Part shown: positions 31,357 through 32,000 of the stretch, piece after piece | How the letters are laid out: each line of letters opens with the position of its first letter | Numbering within the stretch: the first letter of the stretch is position 1 | Assembly: GCF_000014265.1 (NCBI RefSeq) | Contig: NC_008312.1 | Location: 4,560,001 to 4,592,000, forward strand | Direction: 5' to 3' | From: Trichodesmium erythraeum IMS101 | GTDB taxonomy: Bacteria; Cyanobacteriota; Cyanobacteriia; Cyanobacteriales; Microcoleaceae | Length of the DNA stretch: 32,000 nt | The notes under the pieces: generated by a model | Told to the model about the DNA's origin: nothing | Database searches by the model: none | What the model saw: the letters and a program-made list of their open reading frames with translations, nothing else | Position numbers and translations under genes: made by a program

Positions 31357-32000
31357 TAATACCAATTTCCTAAAGTCCGACTACACATAATGCTTCAAGA
31401 ATAAAATCATATCCTGTACAAGAAGCAATATCTTTTTGACTAAATCCAGTTAATATATTTCTCAGGATTCTGCGTAAGAAATCTAAGGAATCGAAAACTC
31501 GATTTTTCAAGAATTTTTTCACCTCTTTCCACAGTCTTTCAATGGGATTAACTTCGGGACAATAAGGAGGTTGAAATAATAAAATGATGTGATCAGGGAT
31601 AGATAAATCATTCCCTAGATGCCCTCGCCCGTTATCTAGTTGAATAATATGAATCTCTTCAGGATATGTTTGAGAAAAAAGCTCTAAAAATCTTTCAAAG
31701 CAAGGAGTATCTAGATGACTAAATTCATAAAAAAAGGAATCTCCTGTTTTTGGTTCTACTAAACCATAAAGCCATAGATATTTAAATAGCCATTGATATA
31801 AACCAATGGGCTTAACACCGCAAGCAGTAATGACTTTACCTGTTATAGTTTTTAATCCAATTCTAGTCTCGTCTTGACACCAATAGCGAATTGGCAGTTG
31901 ATTTTCCGAATATTTATTAATTAACTTAATTTTCTCTTCTAGTTGAGATGAGAGTTTTTTTTAAAGTTTTCTTGAGCTTCTTTATTTTATTTTATGTGAT
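31357..32000 (-). mobile_element. IS630-family element, partial (its tip lies at ~31357; it is degenerate or runs off the right edge)
   Basis: It contains the DDE_3-type transposase fragment listed below. The terminal sequence taataccaatttcc recurs as a solo remnant at 22664..22696. Confidence 0.75.
31370..31957 (-). pseudogene. IS630-family (DDE_3) transposase, C-terminal catalytic part only
   Basis: My minus-strand translation reads KKLSSQLEEKIKLINKYSENQLPIRYWCQDETRIGLKTITGKVITACGVKPIG...IHIIQLDNGRGH...QPPYCPEVNPIERLWKEVKKFL...ILEALCVVGL, with the stop at 31372..31370. The D, D and E residues are present. Upstream of the A8 tract (31964..31971) the frame hits TAA, and the alternative frame also stops. 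No intact N-terminal DNA-binding part is visible. Confidence 0.75.

Noticed and set aside
31371-31389. Similarity between the IS701-family terminal repeat (CGGGACTTTAGtGAAA) and the IS630-family 3' end (TCGGACTTTAG-GAAA), plus TTAGGAAATT at the right flank of copy A (24557..24566)
   Set aside because: Only about 10-13 nt are shared. This could be coincidence or reflect the TTAG target preference. It is too short to argue for nested insertion or shared ancestry without a search.
1-32000. Scan for tRNA, rRNA, riboswitch-like or other GC-rich structured RNA islands in the spacers
   Set aside because: I saw no cloverleaf-compatible or rRNA-like segment. The only locally GC-rich structured spots are the two hairpins at 15905..15935 and 16032..16070, which are reported as terminators.

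Overview
This is a cyanobacterial chromosome segment. The evidence is a split rpoC1/rpoC2, at least 10 perfect HIP1 GCGATCGC palindromes, and Nostocales-like protein sequences in very AT-rich DNA. The left half (1-17 kb) is a conserved housekeeping block. It carries rpsT-tatD-rpoB-rpoC1-rpoC2 on the minus strand, a divergent hisD, a small secreted conserved protein and an alpha/beta hydrolase. These genes are separated by unusually long, ORF-free, AT-rich spacers. The right half (17.7-32 kb) looks accessory and rich in mobile elements. It holds a GDP-mannose 4,6-dehydratase and a 786-aa fusion protein (FkbM methyltransferase + GT11-like fucosyltransferase-type domain + long coiled coil) that contains three perfect 126-bp in-frame tandem repeats. 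It also holds two TPR proteins, one of them membrane-anchored with a coiled coil, and a GT2 glycosyltransferase bracketed by two identical, directly repeated 1376-bp IS701-family copies. Both copies carry the same multiply frameshifted transposase. A truncated IS630-family element lies at the right edge, and a 33-nt solo remnant of its end lies at 22.66 kb. I found no rRNA, tRNA or CRISPR. The best candidate for something new is the glycan-modification cluster rich in coiled-coil and TPR domains, but its function is inferred from domain recognition only. I could run no search or computation.
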